Assembly: GCA_004022145.1 (NCBI GenBank) | Contig: RCNU01000010.1 | Reading direction: 5' to 3' (one strand) | DNA from: Paecilomyces variotii | Taxonomy: Eukaryota | DNA length: 64,000 bases | In this document: positions 36,800-50,431 of the stretch, piece by piece | How positions within the stretch are numbered: position 1 is the first letter of the stretch | Layout of the letters: each line of letters begins with the position of its first letter | Made by a program: the position numbers and the translations under genes | The notes under the pieces: generated by a model | What the model saw: the letters and a program-made list of their open reading frames with translations, nothing else | Database searches by the model: none | What the model was told of the DNA's origin: nothing

Positions 36800-37327
36800 T
36801 GTATTGTATTGTATTTGTTTCCTTTCTGTCTGTGGTGCTTTGCTTTGTTTGGGTTGTTAAGTGTATGCGGCGAGATTTCGGCTGGGAGTGTGTTTTTAAT
36901 TTTCGGCGGTGCTTTGGTTGAGCGGAAAGTTGCAGTAGTAGTAAGTAGCTTTGGTAGCTTTCGGCTCGAGATGAGGTCACTTTACCCGCGCGCTTCTGCG
37001 GCCTGCGCAGCTACAGCAGTAGAGTACATATGTGGGGCGATAGTTATAGCTCTAGATGATAAGCTACGTGAATAATATACTAGTTCATGGTTAAGCTATA
37101 AAAACAGATTTGAATTCTCCCTTTTTTTTGCCATTTCATAATGTCTACCGGGTAAAAGACAGAAAAGCGCAAGGTATATGTATCCAAGCGGTGTTTTCAA
37201 TCAAGACATCCACGTTGAAAGCGTACACTGCGTCGATCCGAGCGCCCATTAGATAAATGCTAACCATTATATACAACATTTGTTAAAGATAATATCGTCA
37301 GTATAACCAGCACCGGATAACAGTTGT

Positions 37328-38205
37328 CTAGTTAGCGCCCCCAGCAGCTGGGCGGTTGGGCTGAGCGGGTGCCAGGCGACGACTCCTTTGGTACTTATTA
37401 GCATCATATCTCTCAGAAAATATGTTTAGGAAACAGGACACTCACGTAATCATCCGACTGAAGACACTGATACCGATCATAAAGAGCCAGCTGGGGATCA
37501 AGCTGAATCCAAACAGGACGTAACCCAGAATAACGTTGAGCCCGTACTCGGCGAGCCAGCCATCGGTAGGGTGGAAAGCGCCATCGTACTGGTCGAATTC
37601 CTCGTAGGTCTTCTCCGAATGAATCTTGTAGATGGTCTCGGGAGTGACAGTCGTAATGTTCAGGGGCACGATGTGCAGAGGTCTGGTCGGGCGAGCCTCG
37701 TCAGGCTGGGCCTGAGGAACCTGGAAGTGCCAAACTGAAGGAGCACCAGCCGACCAGATGGAGCACAGAACCCGGTCCTGCTCACAGTTCAGGTAACCCA
37801 GCTGGGGAGAAGTCGGGTCGGCAGCGAACAGGAGCACGGATTCCTACCCTCACTTGTCAGCTAAACTGGTCGCTTGAGTCGATCTAAATCGAAAACACAT
37901 ACATTGAAGGCCTTCTCGGCCCTCTCACAACGACCGAAACAAGTCTTGTTTCCTCCCGTCACAAAGATGAGCCAATCCTGCGCGGACTCTGTCGACGGCT
38001 CTAGGTTGGCTTGCCAGTTACTGATGTTGAACGGCGTCACTGTCTTCTCCGCGACCTTCTCTGCAGCCTTTTCGGCGACAACCGGAGGCGCCGGGACATA
38101 GGACTTGGCCTTGTTGAACCAGCCCTGTAACCGCTCCCCGAGGGGAATCTGCTCCTGTGCTGTCGCAAGGGCTGGGAGAAGGAGGAGAAAAGGAGAGAGA
38201 TGCAT
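37328..38205 (-). CDS. Conserved secretory-pathway membrane protein, probable thioredoxin-like fold, 3 exons
   Basis: Signal peptide MHLSPFLLLLPALATA, then WLIFVTGGNKTCFGRC, LGYLNCE...LCSIW and C-terminal hydrophobic helices. The last exon encodes SRRLAPAQPNRPAAGGAN*. Confidence 0.7.
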
Positions 38206-38954
38206 GATGACGACGTGCGAGCCACCCACGGGATTATCGTCAAACAACAATGGAATGGGACAAAGAAAGAAAGAAGATATCAAGAACCACCGATTACGAG
38301 CAGGACCAGCGCAACCTGAGGCAAACGGAATTTAAAAGAGCTTGGGACAACTAGTTAGTTAGTTAGGAACCGTGTCGCAACTTTGTAAACAGAGCGCAGT
38401 TTCTCGCTAAGACGGACAGCTGGCTTCAGCGCGGGCCAAAAGGGGGATGGCGCACGTTGTCGGAGAGCGGGGAAACGAGCGGCCGTGCGGAGAGCTTGGA
38501 TGATCGATTATTTAGTAGTTTACTATCTAGTTTACTAGTTCACTAGGTAAATAATAATAATAATAATAATAATCATACTTGGAGTATTGGCTATGCTGAT
38601 TGTCCAGACTCCAATGCTATTGTGAGTCTCCTTGCTATCTATGTCGAGGTTATGACGCAGCCATGCTGGAGGAATCCCGCCCAAGAACTGTATCCTCAAG
38701 TACCTACTAACTAGGTAGCATACCTAGACATATGCGTGATAGATACCACCCAAAACACCCGATACGAACACCATGAGGCGAAATATGTAGGAATATCCAC
38801 CTTGAGATAGTTTGTCCGCTCCCCGAAGTGGCACGCAGATAGAGGGGTAAATCCGGTAAACCTATGTCATCAGAACCGAGTCCTGTATTGTATGTACATA
38901 CTACGATAACATTTCTCAGTACCATTTGAAACCGAGATAACGTATTCGTCGAAT

Positions 38955-40091
38955 ATGGCAACATTAACCTCCCGATGTGCCGTCGTCTCACCAACACCCC
39001 GAAGTCCCATCAAGATCCTTCCGTTTGAAGTTGGTCGACCCCCAGCAGACAGCATTCATGTCGAGATCATCCAAGCCGGTATCTGCGGCACAGATCCCCA
39101 TCTCTGGAAAGGCGACTACGGGCTTCGCGCGCCTGTCGTGCTTGGACATGAAGGTATAGGAAAAGTCATTTCAATGAACCCGACAGTCATCACAGATCAC
39201 GCGGGCCAACCACTTCACGAAGGTGATATCGTATATTGGACTGCAATCCGTCCCTGCCGGAAGTGCTACTACTGTACTGTTCTAGACGACGAGTGTGGAT
39301 GTCCTTCGAATGGATTCATGCATAACTACGAGGCACTTGCTCGAGCGAAGGAAGGTACCTGGGCTACATATAGCCAATATGCAACTCTGGGACCGCGCAA
39401 TTCCTTTTATCGCGTCTCGTCTGACGTTCCGCCAGAGGCTTATATTGCCCTTGGCTGTGCACTTCCCGCGGTCATTCAGGCTACTGGCCGTTTACGAAAA
39501 GGCCACATCGAACCTCACAGCACTGTCCTCGTGCAGGGCTGCGGAGCGGTTGGACTGGCTGCCATAATGATGGCGAGATTGTCCGGTGCTTTGAAGGTTG
39601 TAGTGATTGATAGAAATCCCATTCGACTGGCCAAAGCCAAAGAATTCGGCGCTGATGACTGTATCAACTTGGACGAAGTCACGGATATGGGAGAGCGGGC
39701 GAAAAGAATCACCACCCAAGTTGTCGGAGATCGTGGTGTCGACCTAGCCATTGAATGCAGCGGCCATCCCAGCGCTATCAGGGAAGGGCTCGGCTTGCTG
39801 GCACGCAACGGTACCTATCTTCTCATTGGCACTTGGGCTGGGAAAGCAGAAGTTCTATTCGATCCTTTCGTCGTGGTCAACAAGGCTTTGCATATCCAGG
39901 GAAGCACTTACGGCGCTCCTCGCGACTATTACCGGGCCTCAAAGGTCGTTGAGCAGAATTGGCAACGGTTCCCACTGGCCAGCTGCGTAACGCACAAATT
40001 CAGCCTCGACGAGACGCAGCTCGGGTTGGAGACTGTAATGTCTGGACTAGCAGTAAAAGCGGTGGTTGAACCAAACCGCAAGGGCAATTAG
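38955..40091 (+). CDS. Zinc-dependent alcohol dehydrogenase (MDR superfamily), intronless
   Basis: GICGTDPH, GHEGIG, the structural Zn motif CRKCYYC..C and the Rossmann motif GCGAVG. Confidence 0.92.
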   Translation: MATLTSRCAVVSPTPRSPIKILPFEVGRPPADSIHVEIIQAGICGTDPHLWKGDYGLRAPVVLGHEGIGKVISMNPTVITDHAGQPLHEGDIVYWTAIRPCRKCYYCTVLDDECGCPSNGFMHNYEALARAKEGTWATYSQYATLGPRNSFYRVSSDVPPEAYIALGCALPAVIQATGRLRKGHIEPHSTVLVQGCGAVGLAAIMMARLSGALKVVVIDRNPIRLAKAKEFGADDCINLDEVTDMGERAKRITTQVVGDRGVDLAIECSGHPSAIREGLGLLARNGTYLLIGTWAGKAEVLFDPFVVVNKALHIQGSTYGAPRDYYRASKVVEQNWQRFPLASCVTHKFSLDETQLGLETVMSGLAVKAVVEPNRKGN

Positions 40092-40572
40092 AATCCTTTG
40101 AGTGAATTGTCCAAATGCAGAACGAATCTTTGGTTATTGTGGCTTTTAAATGTATAGCACATTTCGCATGATACGTTGTCAGAAGTGTCGAACTAGTGGT
40201 TTGTTTCTCTTTTGATGGGGTTCAAATCATGGAGAATATATCGAGTACAGATCACTGAAAGGATGTTTCGTTGACAATGGGTTTCCATCCTTCTCGCCGA
40301 GGACAGGTAAGGAAATGTTTCGTTAGGATTACTGTATAGACAACTTTCGTTTACACGTAGGAAGGAGCAAGTAGACCGGTGATGGGATAGACTCGATGTT
40401 GTATTGATTGGGAATAATCCTTAAAAGCCCCAGGAACGAAAACTAGACATGCTAACTTGCTGGAAACGCCAAACACCTCGCTTTTGTGCAGACCAGAACC
40501 TGGGTATTTTTTTATCTCACGTCATGTGTGTGCACTGCTAGAACATCTCGAAAGGAGAATGACAAAATAACC

Positions 40573-43524
40573 TCATCTGACCTTGCTCATCAGAGTCTCG
40601 ATGCCTCTCTCGACACTCAACTCGGCTGCCTTTGCCTTCACCGCACTGAGCATGGAACGCTCAAAGTCATCACGACTCCGCAGAACGGCTTCCACCCACG
40701 ATAGCTGGAGATCCCAGTACTCGGTCTTAAACGCCTCATAGACTGCAACGACTCCAGTTTTGTCGGCCTCAAGCAGACGAACCAGATAGTCGACCAGTCG
40801 CCACTTCTGCTTGATGCTGGCGAAGGACTCGGGGTACTTCTGGAAGAAGTCAAAGACTGTGAGGATGTCATCCTTGAACTTGTCTGTGTACGGGTCCTGG
40901 CGGCGGAACTTGACACCGCGGTTGCGGATGGCGGAAAGGTAGCGAACGAGCAGCTCATCAGACAGCTCTTCGACGAGGATGTCCGTGAGAGAAGGATGGA
41001 GAACGGGCGAGTAATCGGCCATGTAATCCTCAAAAGTGGAAGTGATACGCTTGACCGCAAATTCGCCATACCATTTCGGAGTAAAGAACTCGGGAAGGAC
41101 GGCGCTGAAGTCAACGGTGAACATGAGTTCAACAAACTGCGAGAGACAATAGGTACTAAGATCAACGTAGCCGTCGCGAAGAGCATCAAGCTCGGCTGTG
41201 GCCGTCGACGCCAGGTATTTCGGCGAGACAAGTGGCTCGAAGTCGCGCTTGAAGCGAGTGAGATAACCGATTTGGCCGGACTCGTCGTTATCGTCAATAC
41301 AGGCGATTTGGTCGTTGGCTATTGCGATCAGCCAGTCCTGTAGCGCCTGTAGACCTTCTGACATGTCACCGCCTGCAGCCTTGTATTTGCCGCTCTCCTC
41401 GTCAATGAGAGCTTGCCAGTTGCTCTGATGGCCTTTCAGGACAAGGAACATGGCATCGATAATACCTTCGACCACGTCTGTACGGTCCGAGGCACTAGAA
41501 GCCCCGATTTGCTCGTGCAGCATACGCCACATATCGGGGAGCGTCTTGGTGCGGAAATAGCCGTCAGCATTTGGTTCCAAGGCATCTGGCGATCTCTCGA
41601 TCATTGCCTTCTTGTCTGTTGAGAATATACGGTCCATCCATTCGTTGACTGCATCGATGATGATATTGCGCCACTGTCGAATAAGCTCTGGTTCGCGATT
41701 GTCGAGAACGTTGGGTACGAGATCGGTCTGCTTCCAGCCTAATTTGGACATCTTTTTGTAGTATTTCTCGGTCCAATGGATGATGGCAAGCAGGTTATCT
41801 GGAGGGAGTTCAGGATCATCGATAAGACCGATAAGGAAATCGTGCATCATCCGATGATAGATATTAGTGTAGGTCTGATAGATCTTCCACTTCTTTGGCA
41901 TGAGGGACTGCATCCCTTGCTGGACAACGAAAAGGTCATTGAAGAACCATTTGAAGCTCTTGTCCAGGTGGTCCGGTTCGCCCAGGAAAGCCTCCTTGGT
42001 AGAATCAAACTGGCTCTGAGCGTAGAACTCGATAGCCTGAATGAACTTCTCCTTGTAACCCCTGACTGTCTTCGGCCCGATATTCATAGACTTAAACCGG
42101 CTTGCCAGGTCCTTATGATCTTTCTGCGCCTCCTGCAATGCCCGCACCTTCTCGTCGTTCTTTTCTTCATTCATCACCACAACAGCCAAGCGAACAACCA
42201 TGCTGCGATTATCCGACTGCACAAGCGGAATGAGGTTCATACAGGCAGTTCCCAGATGATCATCGAACCAGTCAATGACCGAATCCAGTCCCTGAAAGTA
42301 ATCCACAAGAGTATCTTCACTGCTAGAATCGCCCGCTCTGCGAATCTGGTCCATCGCCTCATCCCGGAAATCCCGCAACCTCGAAATCTGCATATGTGCC
42401 TTGAGCAGATTCGGCTGGTTTTCCAGATCTTCATCATCGTCCTTCAAGAGTTCTTCCACCTCGGCAAGGTCAGCACCGAAATTCTCAAGACCCTTCTTCA
42501 TCATTAACGTGGCCTCAAAATTTCGCTGCACCCTAGCCAGCTTGTCGATTTGCGAGAAATCATCCACCGAGGTCTGCGACTCCGCGCATAGCTTGTCTAT
42601 TCCTTGCAACTCGTCTCTTGTCTTCGAAACGTGCCGTTGGCCTTCAGTCAGGAGGTTGATACTCCGCTGTACCGTTTCCAGCTGGTTACTCAGACCTTCC
42701 CTTAGCTGCGAATCGACGGCTGCCTTCTTCCGCGAGTATTCCGCTTTCAGAGCGGGGATCTTATCCAAGTCTTCGGGGTGACGGAGCAAGTCCTCGAGAC
42801 GAGGCATCGCCACGGATCCCGCATCATTTCCATTTTGCGCCATGGCTCTAGATGGCCTCGTGTATTGATATCGATCTCTTGTCTGACTGGAAAGACGTTC
42901 GGAGGTGAGGGTGGAAGGTTCGTTGCCCGCACGAACCGATGCCGAGTGCTGAGGTGACGACTTCAGTCCTTTCTTTTGGGACAATATATCTTCCTTGTAA
43001 ATAAGCCCCCCCTCTAATTTGATCACTGTCTGGGCGTCTGGACCGGAGGATATCCGTGCACCACCGGTTGGGACACTGCGCGATTGCCCCGGGTACAGAG
43101 AGGAAAGAAACGGCCTGGGTATCTCCCTTTCGAATATCGAATTCCACCGTTCGAGCGAGCGACTAATGGAAGTATCACGAGTAGGCCTGCAATAACCTGA
43201 TTCAGGAGGCGCAGCAGTAGCAGCGGTAGCAACAGAAGTAGCAGTAGTAACAGAGGTTGTATCCGGAGTATGTGTCGTGATCGGAACAGCTTCCGTTTCA
43301 ATCTCAGCAGCTTCACCAGAAGAACCGAAACAGTCCGCACCAGAAGCGCTATGAACACCTTCCTTGCGTATATTATTCAATTGACCCCCTCGAGATTCAC
43401 GGCGAACGTTGGCCTCGCCGTCAGTCTGGAAGCGGCGGAGATGCTGCTCAAAGGCGGCTGCTCGCTCGGCCACCGATGGGGAACCCCGGCAGAACGCCCC
43501 ACGTGACTCACCGCCCGACTCCAT
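40573..43524 (-). CDS. SEC6: Exocyst subunit Sec6; the conserved part starts at ATG 42843, and the upstream in-frame extension is uncertain
   Basis: RLEDLLRHPEDLDKIPALKAEYSRKKAAVDSQLR, QPNLLKAH..LRDFRD, WLIAIANDQIAC and YWDLQLSWVEAVLRSRDDF. Confidence 0.9.
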   Translation of the reverse strand: MESGGESRGAFCRGSPSVAERAAAFEQHLRRFQTDGEANVRRESRGGQLNNIRKEGVHSASGADCFGSSGEAAEIETEAVPITTHTPDTTSVTTATSVATAATAAPPESGYCRPTRDTSISRSLERWNSIFEREIPRPFLSSLYPGQSRSVPTGGARISSGPDAQTVIKLEGGLIYKEDILSQKKGLKSSPQHSASVRAGNEPSTLTSERLSSQTRDRYQYTRPSRAMAQNGNDAGSVAMPRLEDLLRHPEDLDKIPALKAEYSRKKAAVDSQLREGLSNQLETVQRSINLLTEGQRHVSKTRDELQGIDKLCAESQTSVDDFSQIDKLARVQRNFEATLMMKKGLENFGADLAEVEELLKDDDEDLENQPNLLKAHMQISRLRDFRDEAMDQIRRAGDSSSEDTLVDYFQGLDSVIDWFDDHLGTACMNLIPLVQSDNRSMVVRLAVVVMNEEKNDEKVRALQEAQKDHKDLASRFKSMNIGPKTVRGYKEKFIQAIEFYAQSQFDSTKEAFLGEPDHLDKSFKWFFNDLFVVQQGMQSLMPKKWKIYQTYTNIYHRMMHDFLIGLIDDPELPPDNLLAIIHWTEKYYKKMSKLGWKQTDLVPNVLDNREPELIRQWRNIIIDAVNEWMDRIFSTDKKAMIERSPDALEPNADGYFRTKTLPDMWRMLHEQIGASSASDRTDVVEGIIDAMFLVLKGHQSNWQALIDEESGKYKAAGGDMSEGLQALQDWLIAIANDQIACIDDNDESGQIGYLTRFKRDFEPLVSPKYLASTATAELDALRDGYVDLSTYCLSQFVELMFTVDFSAVLPEFFTPKWYGEFAVKRITSTFEDYMADYSPVLHPSLTDILVEELSDELLVRYLSAIRNRGVKFRRQDPYTDKFKDDILTVFDFFQKYPESFASIKQKWRLVDYLVRLLEADKTGVVAVYEAFKTEYWDLQLSWVEAVLRSRDDFERSMLSAVKAKAAELSVERGIETLMSKVR

Positions 43525-44004
43525 GGCCCTCCGATTTTCCGCCTCGGGGAAACTTTTGAGATAGCGGATCGGATCGAGGTGATTGACACTGGACGCAAGA
43601 TCGGAGACTCGTGGGTTCCGAGTCAGAGACGGACTTGTCTTTTTCAGTTATTTTTTTTTCTCGTTTTCAGTCTCTCAGCTTACCAGATATTTTTCCCAGT
43701 ATCCTTAATTGTCAATCAACGAGCGTCAAACGAACTCTCGGGGAAGGAAACCATCTGCTTTCAAAAAAGCAAGCAGCACGAGAGCTGATTCACAACATCA
43801 ACCCAACAAGTCGTGGACAACTTTTGTCCAGAAACGACATAACAAGAAGACAGTGAAGTGAAGGCAGAGAGAAACCTCACGCGAACGAAACAAACAAGAA
43901 CCGCGTTATAACAAGGCGGTGTCCTCCGAATTCAAAATCACAACACATTCCATCCTTCCCTCCTCCTCCTCCTTCGTACGTGAAACTCTACACCATCAGC
44001 CAAA

Positions 44005-44289
44005 ATGAGCTACTTCCGAATCACGCTTATGCGCTCCGCCATCGGTCTGCCTACCCGGACAACAGGCGTGTTGAAGGCCCTCGGACTGAAGAAGCGTATG
44101 GCTACCGTCTTCCACCCCGTGACGCAGGATGTGGCCGGACAGATCATGAAAGTGAAGGAACTGGTTGATGTTCAGGAAGTTGATCGTCCTATGACGAAGC
44201 AGGAGGTGCATCTGGAGCGGAAGCCGGATCCAGGATACTATGTCGAACACCCAGCCGGTGCAGAGTGGAAGGAGAAGAGACGGGCATGA
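44005..44289 (+). CDS. MRPL33: Mitochondrial ribosomal protein uL30m (MrpL33)
   Basis: [41 protein letters not shown] is the L30 pattern. Confidence 0.93.
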   Translation: MSYFRITLMRSAIGLPTRTTGVLKALGLKKRMATVFHPVTQDVAGQIMKVKELVDVQEVDRPMTKQEVHLERKPDPGYYVEHPAGAEWKEKRRA

Positions 44290-44935
44290 GGGAGTGCTGT
44301 CTTTTTTCGATTGACGACTCTTTTCATTTTTTGGGGGGAAATGCCGTGGGTCTGCTTTCCATGAGCCAAGGGAATTGCACGGGTACCAATTGCCTGTCAG
44401 AATGATCGGATATTCAACGGAGGCATCAATGCCCTACGGCTCAATAATTGGCCTCACGCCTCTGACAAAGATGTTGAATGGAAAATACATGTGCTGATTT
44501 CTGAGATTTTCATTCAGCACATGTTCGATGGAGGTCATGTTTGATGCCAGTTTCCAGGGATAGATGGCCATGTCTTTGGTTTTGCTATCGCATACCGCAT
44601 GTCCCACTACTCTCCTATGGTGCTACTTTGTATTTGAAACTTTGTTCTACTGTATTATAGAATCTCATCCTACGCGGCATAATGGCCGATTATCACAAGA
44701 TACGAGATATATACGACATCTCTATTACTCAATGACGCTAGTAATAATAGACAGCCTAAGCAAGACTGTTGGAACACCAGAAGTACGCCGCCAACACCAA
44801 AAAATAACTATCCGTATCCACACTCCATCTGACCCCAAGCCATTCGTGTATATACATGGAGCTTTCCAAGGCAGCACCTGGAACTTTTTTGATTCTCAGT
44901 TGACACGCCGTGAGGGTGTAAGGCGGGCCTGATCT

Positions 44936-46849
44936 TTATGCTTTATAAAGCGTGTCCAGGAAGCCCTCTGCCAAACGGGTGACAATACTCTTATCGGGTA
45001 TGCTACCTGCCACACCGTACAGAGCGGAGGTGTCTCCACGTTTGCGCGCGTAGGAGTTGCCCTGTCTCACCCTCTCTTCAGCTTTCTCAAGCTCTGCCCG
45101 GACGACGTCGATGAGGTCCTCAGTAAGCTTGTCCACCGCTGCGGCAGTCGGAATGGTGAAGGCAACGTGCATCGCTGCTGGAGACTGCAAAGCGTTGAGA
45201 TGCCATCCCTTAGCAGACAATTCGTCGGCGATGTCATAGATATCGACACCGTCATTCTTGCTCGTCCAGGAGACAACGCTGACGAGCGGCTGTCCAACGA
45301 CCACCAGGTTTTCCGAAAGAATTGGGTGCTCACGAATGGCAGACTCGAACTTCTTTGCTGCCGTCATGATCTGGTTGCAACTCTCAATGTATCCAGATAC
45401 CCCCATACTCATGAGACTAGTCCAGCAGCCTGCAATCAAAGCACCAGGTCGGGATCCTGCCACGGAGGGAGAGGCATAGACACCGCCAGACCAATCAGGA
45501 TACACAAAGTATTGATAGCTGCGGTAGGTACGGTTGCGGTAGAGAAGGACGGAGTTGCCCTTGGGAGCGAAACCATACTTGTGGGTGTCAACACTGATAC
45601 TCGTGACGCCCGGTTGACGGAAGTCGAAACCGCCCTGTTCCTCGTAAGGGGATGGATAACCCGCCTTCTTGAGGAAGGCAATCACGAAGGAGCCCAAGCA
45701 GCAGTCAACGTGCAGGGGAATCTTGTACTTGGTAGCAAGACGGGAAAGAGCGGGGATGTCGTCGACAATGCCATGAGGGAAGTTAGGCGCAGAGCCCACC
45801 AAGAGGACAGTGTTTGGGTTGATAAGACGGCGAACAGCACGGATGTCGACTTTATAGTCGGGTGCTGGGCACGGAACACGGTGCAATTTGATCTTGAAGT
45901 ATTCGCAAGCCTTGTAGAATGCGGCATGAGCAGTGTCGGGAATAATCCTGTATGAATTAGTCGAGATTTTCAGCAGCGTTGCTGGCCTGACTTACATTTC
46001 AGGTGCAGTCACACCACGCTCGATATACGCCTTTTGACGTGCTCCCAGACAAGCCATGATGATCGACTCTGTTCCACCACTGGTAGTCACACCAGCACCA
46101 TCAGAGGGGCCATTGAACAGCGCCAGAACCTGATTCGATAATAGTCAGTTACTGCTTTGGATTTTTCAAGCAGAGCAAAAGAGATACTGACCATAGCAAC
46201 GATTTCCGCCTCCATCTTGCGAACGCCGGGGAATACATCCGGGTGAATAGGGTTCGCGACACCAAACTGGCCAAAGGCTTCGGTCTGTAGCTTCAATAGG
46301 TCCTGGCCACCATGATACACGGCACCACTGACACGACCATCCTCCCACTTTGTATGCTCCATGCTGGCGAGCTTATTGAGTTCCTCACGCACATGGTCGG
46401 GGGTCCATCCTTCCTCGGGGAGTTCAAGGTATCTCGTCACGCCAGGGCCCGACGAGACGAGCTTAGATTCTAATTTCGTGAGAGCTGTCGTGACTTCCTT
46501 GTCCACCTGGCCGCGAACTCCAGGAATACGCAGAACTATCCGGAAAACCCATAGACGGATCAGAGCAAAGATATTCCGGATGCTGCCGATGATGCCGTAG
46601 CCGCGAACAGAGTAGAAAGTTTTGCGGGTAGCGCGGAGGATGAATAGGATAAAAATGATATTTCGCAGCCTGTTCCATCGTAGATATCAAATTAGCTGTG
46701 TGAACTATTGCCTGTATGTCTGAAGACAGCTGGGTTCGGTGGCATGCTACTTACAGCTCCAGATTCAACGCGGCGAGTTGGAAAGCGGATGAGCTCCGTG
46801 GCCCCATCAGCTTGTTCTGCAGGGCCACTGGAATGATGGTGGAAGTCAT
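44936..46849 (-). CDS. DPL1: Sphingosine/sphinganine-1-phosphate lyase (multi-exon)
   Basis: WEDGRVSGAVYHGG, NPIHPDVFPGVRKMEAE, TSGGTESIIMAC, HVDCCLGSF, the PLP motif SVDTHKYG and GSRPG. Confidence 0.95.
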
Positions 46850-47520
46850 GATGGATGGACGATAGCGATACAAGTAATTATGTTGGCGACCCTAAGGAAT
46901 GGAGGGATGCTTGTCAGAGCTCAAGAGACGACCAGGACGCCAGATGCTGAAAAAGCCGCCATAGGCATAGTTAGGTAGGCAGGCGTTTAACTAGTAGTTC
47001 AAGAGCCTCGGCAGGTGCATCCCCGCAGGCCGCAGTTTCACCATGACGTTGCCACGGACAAAATGCAGCCGCTATGGCACGAGACTTACGGAAGTATTAC
47101 TACCAGACCTGAGGTTGAGATCGAAACAAAACACTGCTACAAAAAAGAAGTTCATGTGGTTGAAATGTCAATTGAGCGACACTGCAGATATTACTAATCT
47201 CTGCCAAAAAGTGCTCCGACTCGCGGTATAGTTAAATACTCGCGGCCGACTAAACAAGAGCATGCATGCTATGTACAGGGGTTGAGACTATCGCTCTCCA
47301 AACACCAGCCTCCCTTTTATGCGTAATAAATCAGAGAGCTTTTTTAAGACCCAAAGAAACCGAAAATAATTCCCAAGCAAAACGCAAAAAGAGCATAGAC
47401 AAATGACGTCATCTTTCCGGCAAACTGCCCGTTAATATATCAACTCTTTAAATCGAGTTAATCTGGACATGAGGATTCTTCTTTTCTTTCTTTCGTCGTG
47501 ACTGTTCAAATATCGGTCAT

Positions 47521-49152
<1,632 letters not shown>

Positions 49153-49319
49153 TTTGTATGTGGAGCGGGGTTGTTACTGTGAGGAATATATACGGCGGGG
49201 AGCGATCCCGGGTGACGGACAGGGGCAATGCTAATGAGAAAGATGAAAAGAAAACGACCAGACAGAGCCCGGGATGGTATTTATCGCAACAGAAATTCGT
49301 GAAGAGGAGAGCAGAGTAA

Positions 49320-49379
49320 GAGTCAGAGTCAGAGCAGAGCCGGGTGGAGATTTAAACCCGGGCGATCTGGGAATGACTC
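49320..49379. promoter_or_regulatory. Three Gcn4/CpcA-type TGACTC elements upstream of homocitrate synthase
   Basis: GAGTCA at 49320-49325 and 49326-49331, and TGACTC at 49374-49379, 170-230 nt upstream of the ATG of an amino-acid biosynthetic gene. Confidence 0.55.
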
Positions 49380-50431
49380 GACCAGGCGCTTTTTCCTCTG
49401 CGGCAAAAAAAGATTGGGCGAACTGGGAAATTTTCTTTTCACAGGCCGGCAGCGGTGGGGATCGTCCGTAACGGTATTGAATAATAAATTACCGCCGGAC
49501 AGACATCACCTTGTAGTAATTATTATTCCTTTCGCCCGTGCAATTGGAAATTGTATAACTGCTGACAAGCTGATGATCTTGAATTACTTTGATTTTATAT
49601 ATATATATATATATATATGGTCTGCTATGTATATGTATGCGTTGTTGTTCTCCGTCGACAGTATGAAATTCGGGGTTGCCGCCACACATCTTTTTCTTGT
49701 GTGCCAAAAAAACAGGCCCTTACCGACATCGGCCATCGGTTGCTGAGGGGGTTCCGCACCCGTCAAAAATAATTACCATTGACTACGATAAGATCACGAG
49801 TCTAGACATAGTTTGTTGCTAAGCAATCCTTTTTATTCCTGGGAACACTCTCTAATTCGCTCTATAGCGCTCTATATGGTACGATTCTAAGACGCCCGCA
49901 AAATCACTATGGGAGCAACGTCACCGCGAGATTTATCTCTGGCTTAGTAGGATTATTGCCTAGCACATAATATGGAAGTACCTTTATTCGTATCGCCGTC
50001 TGGGGTGCAGTAGGCGAGACGTCACCGTCCAAGGTTGTCGGCCGACTCAGCATCTTTTTCCGTCTTCCCGTTGGTCGGTACTGTCACTCTCCTTTCCTAG
50101 GCTAGAGATCTCGTAGAACTTAGTACAGACAAGAACACATCCGGTTATTAGTCATATTCTCAGCCCCTCAGGTGGGTGTTTTGGACGAACTACTACTATC
50201 AATCGTTTCCTAACGACATAAATACGGGATTGACTACTTTGAGAGTATCCTGAAGGCAACGCTTTGGGGGCCCAGCTAGGGACGAGCAGATAATTTCTAC
50301 TAAGATAGTCTATGGTGTTGAGTTAACTAGCATGACCCCTTCTCATACAAGCCTTAACCCCATACTTCCATCTGGGCCGAAACAAATAGATACATGTCAA
50401 AACGAGCGTCATAGCATCAGATGCACTCTTC

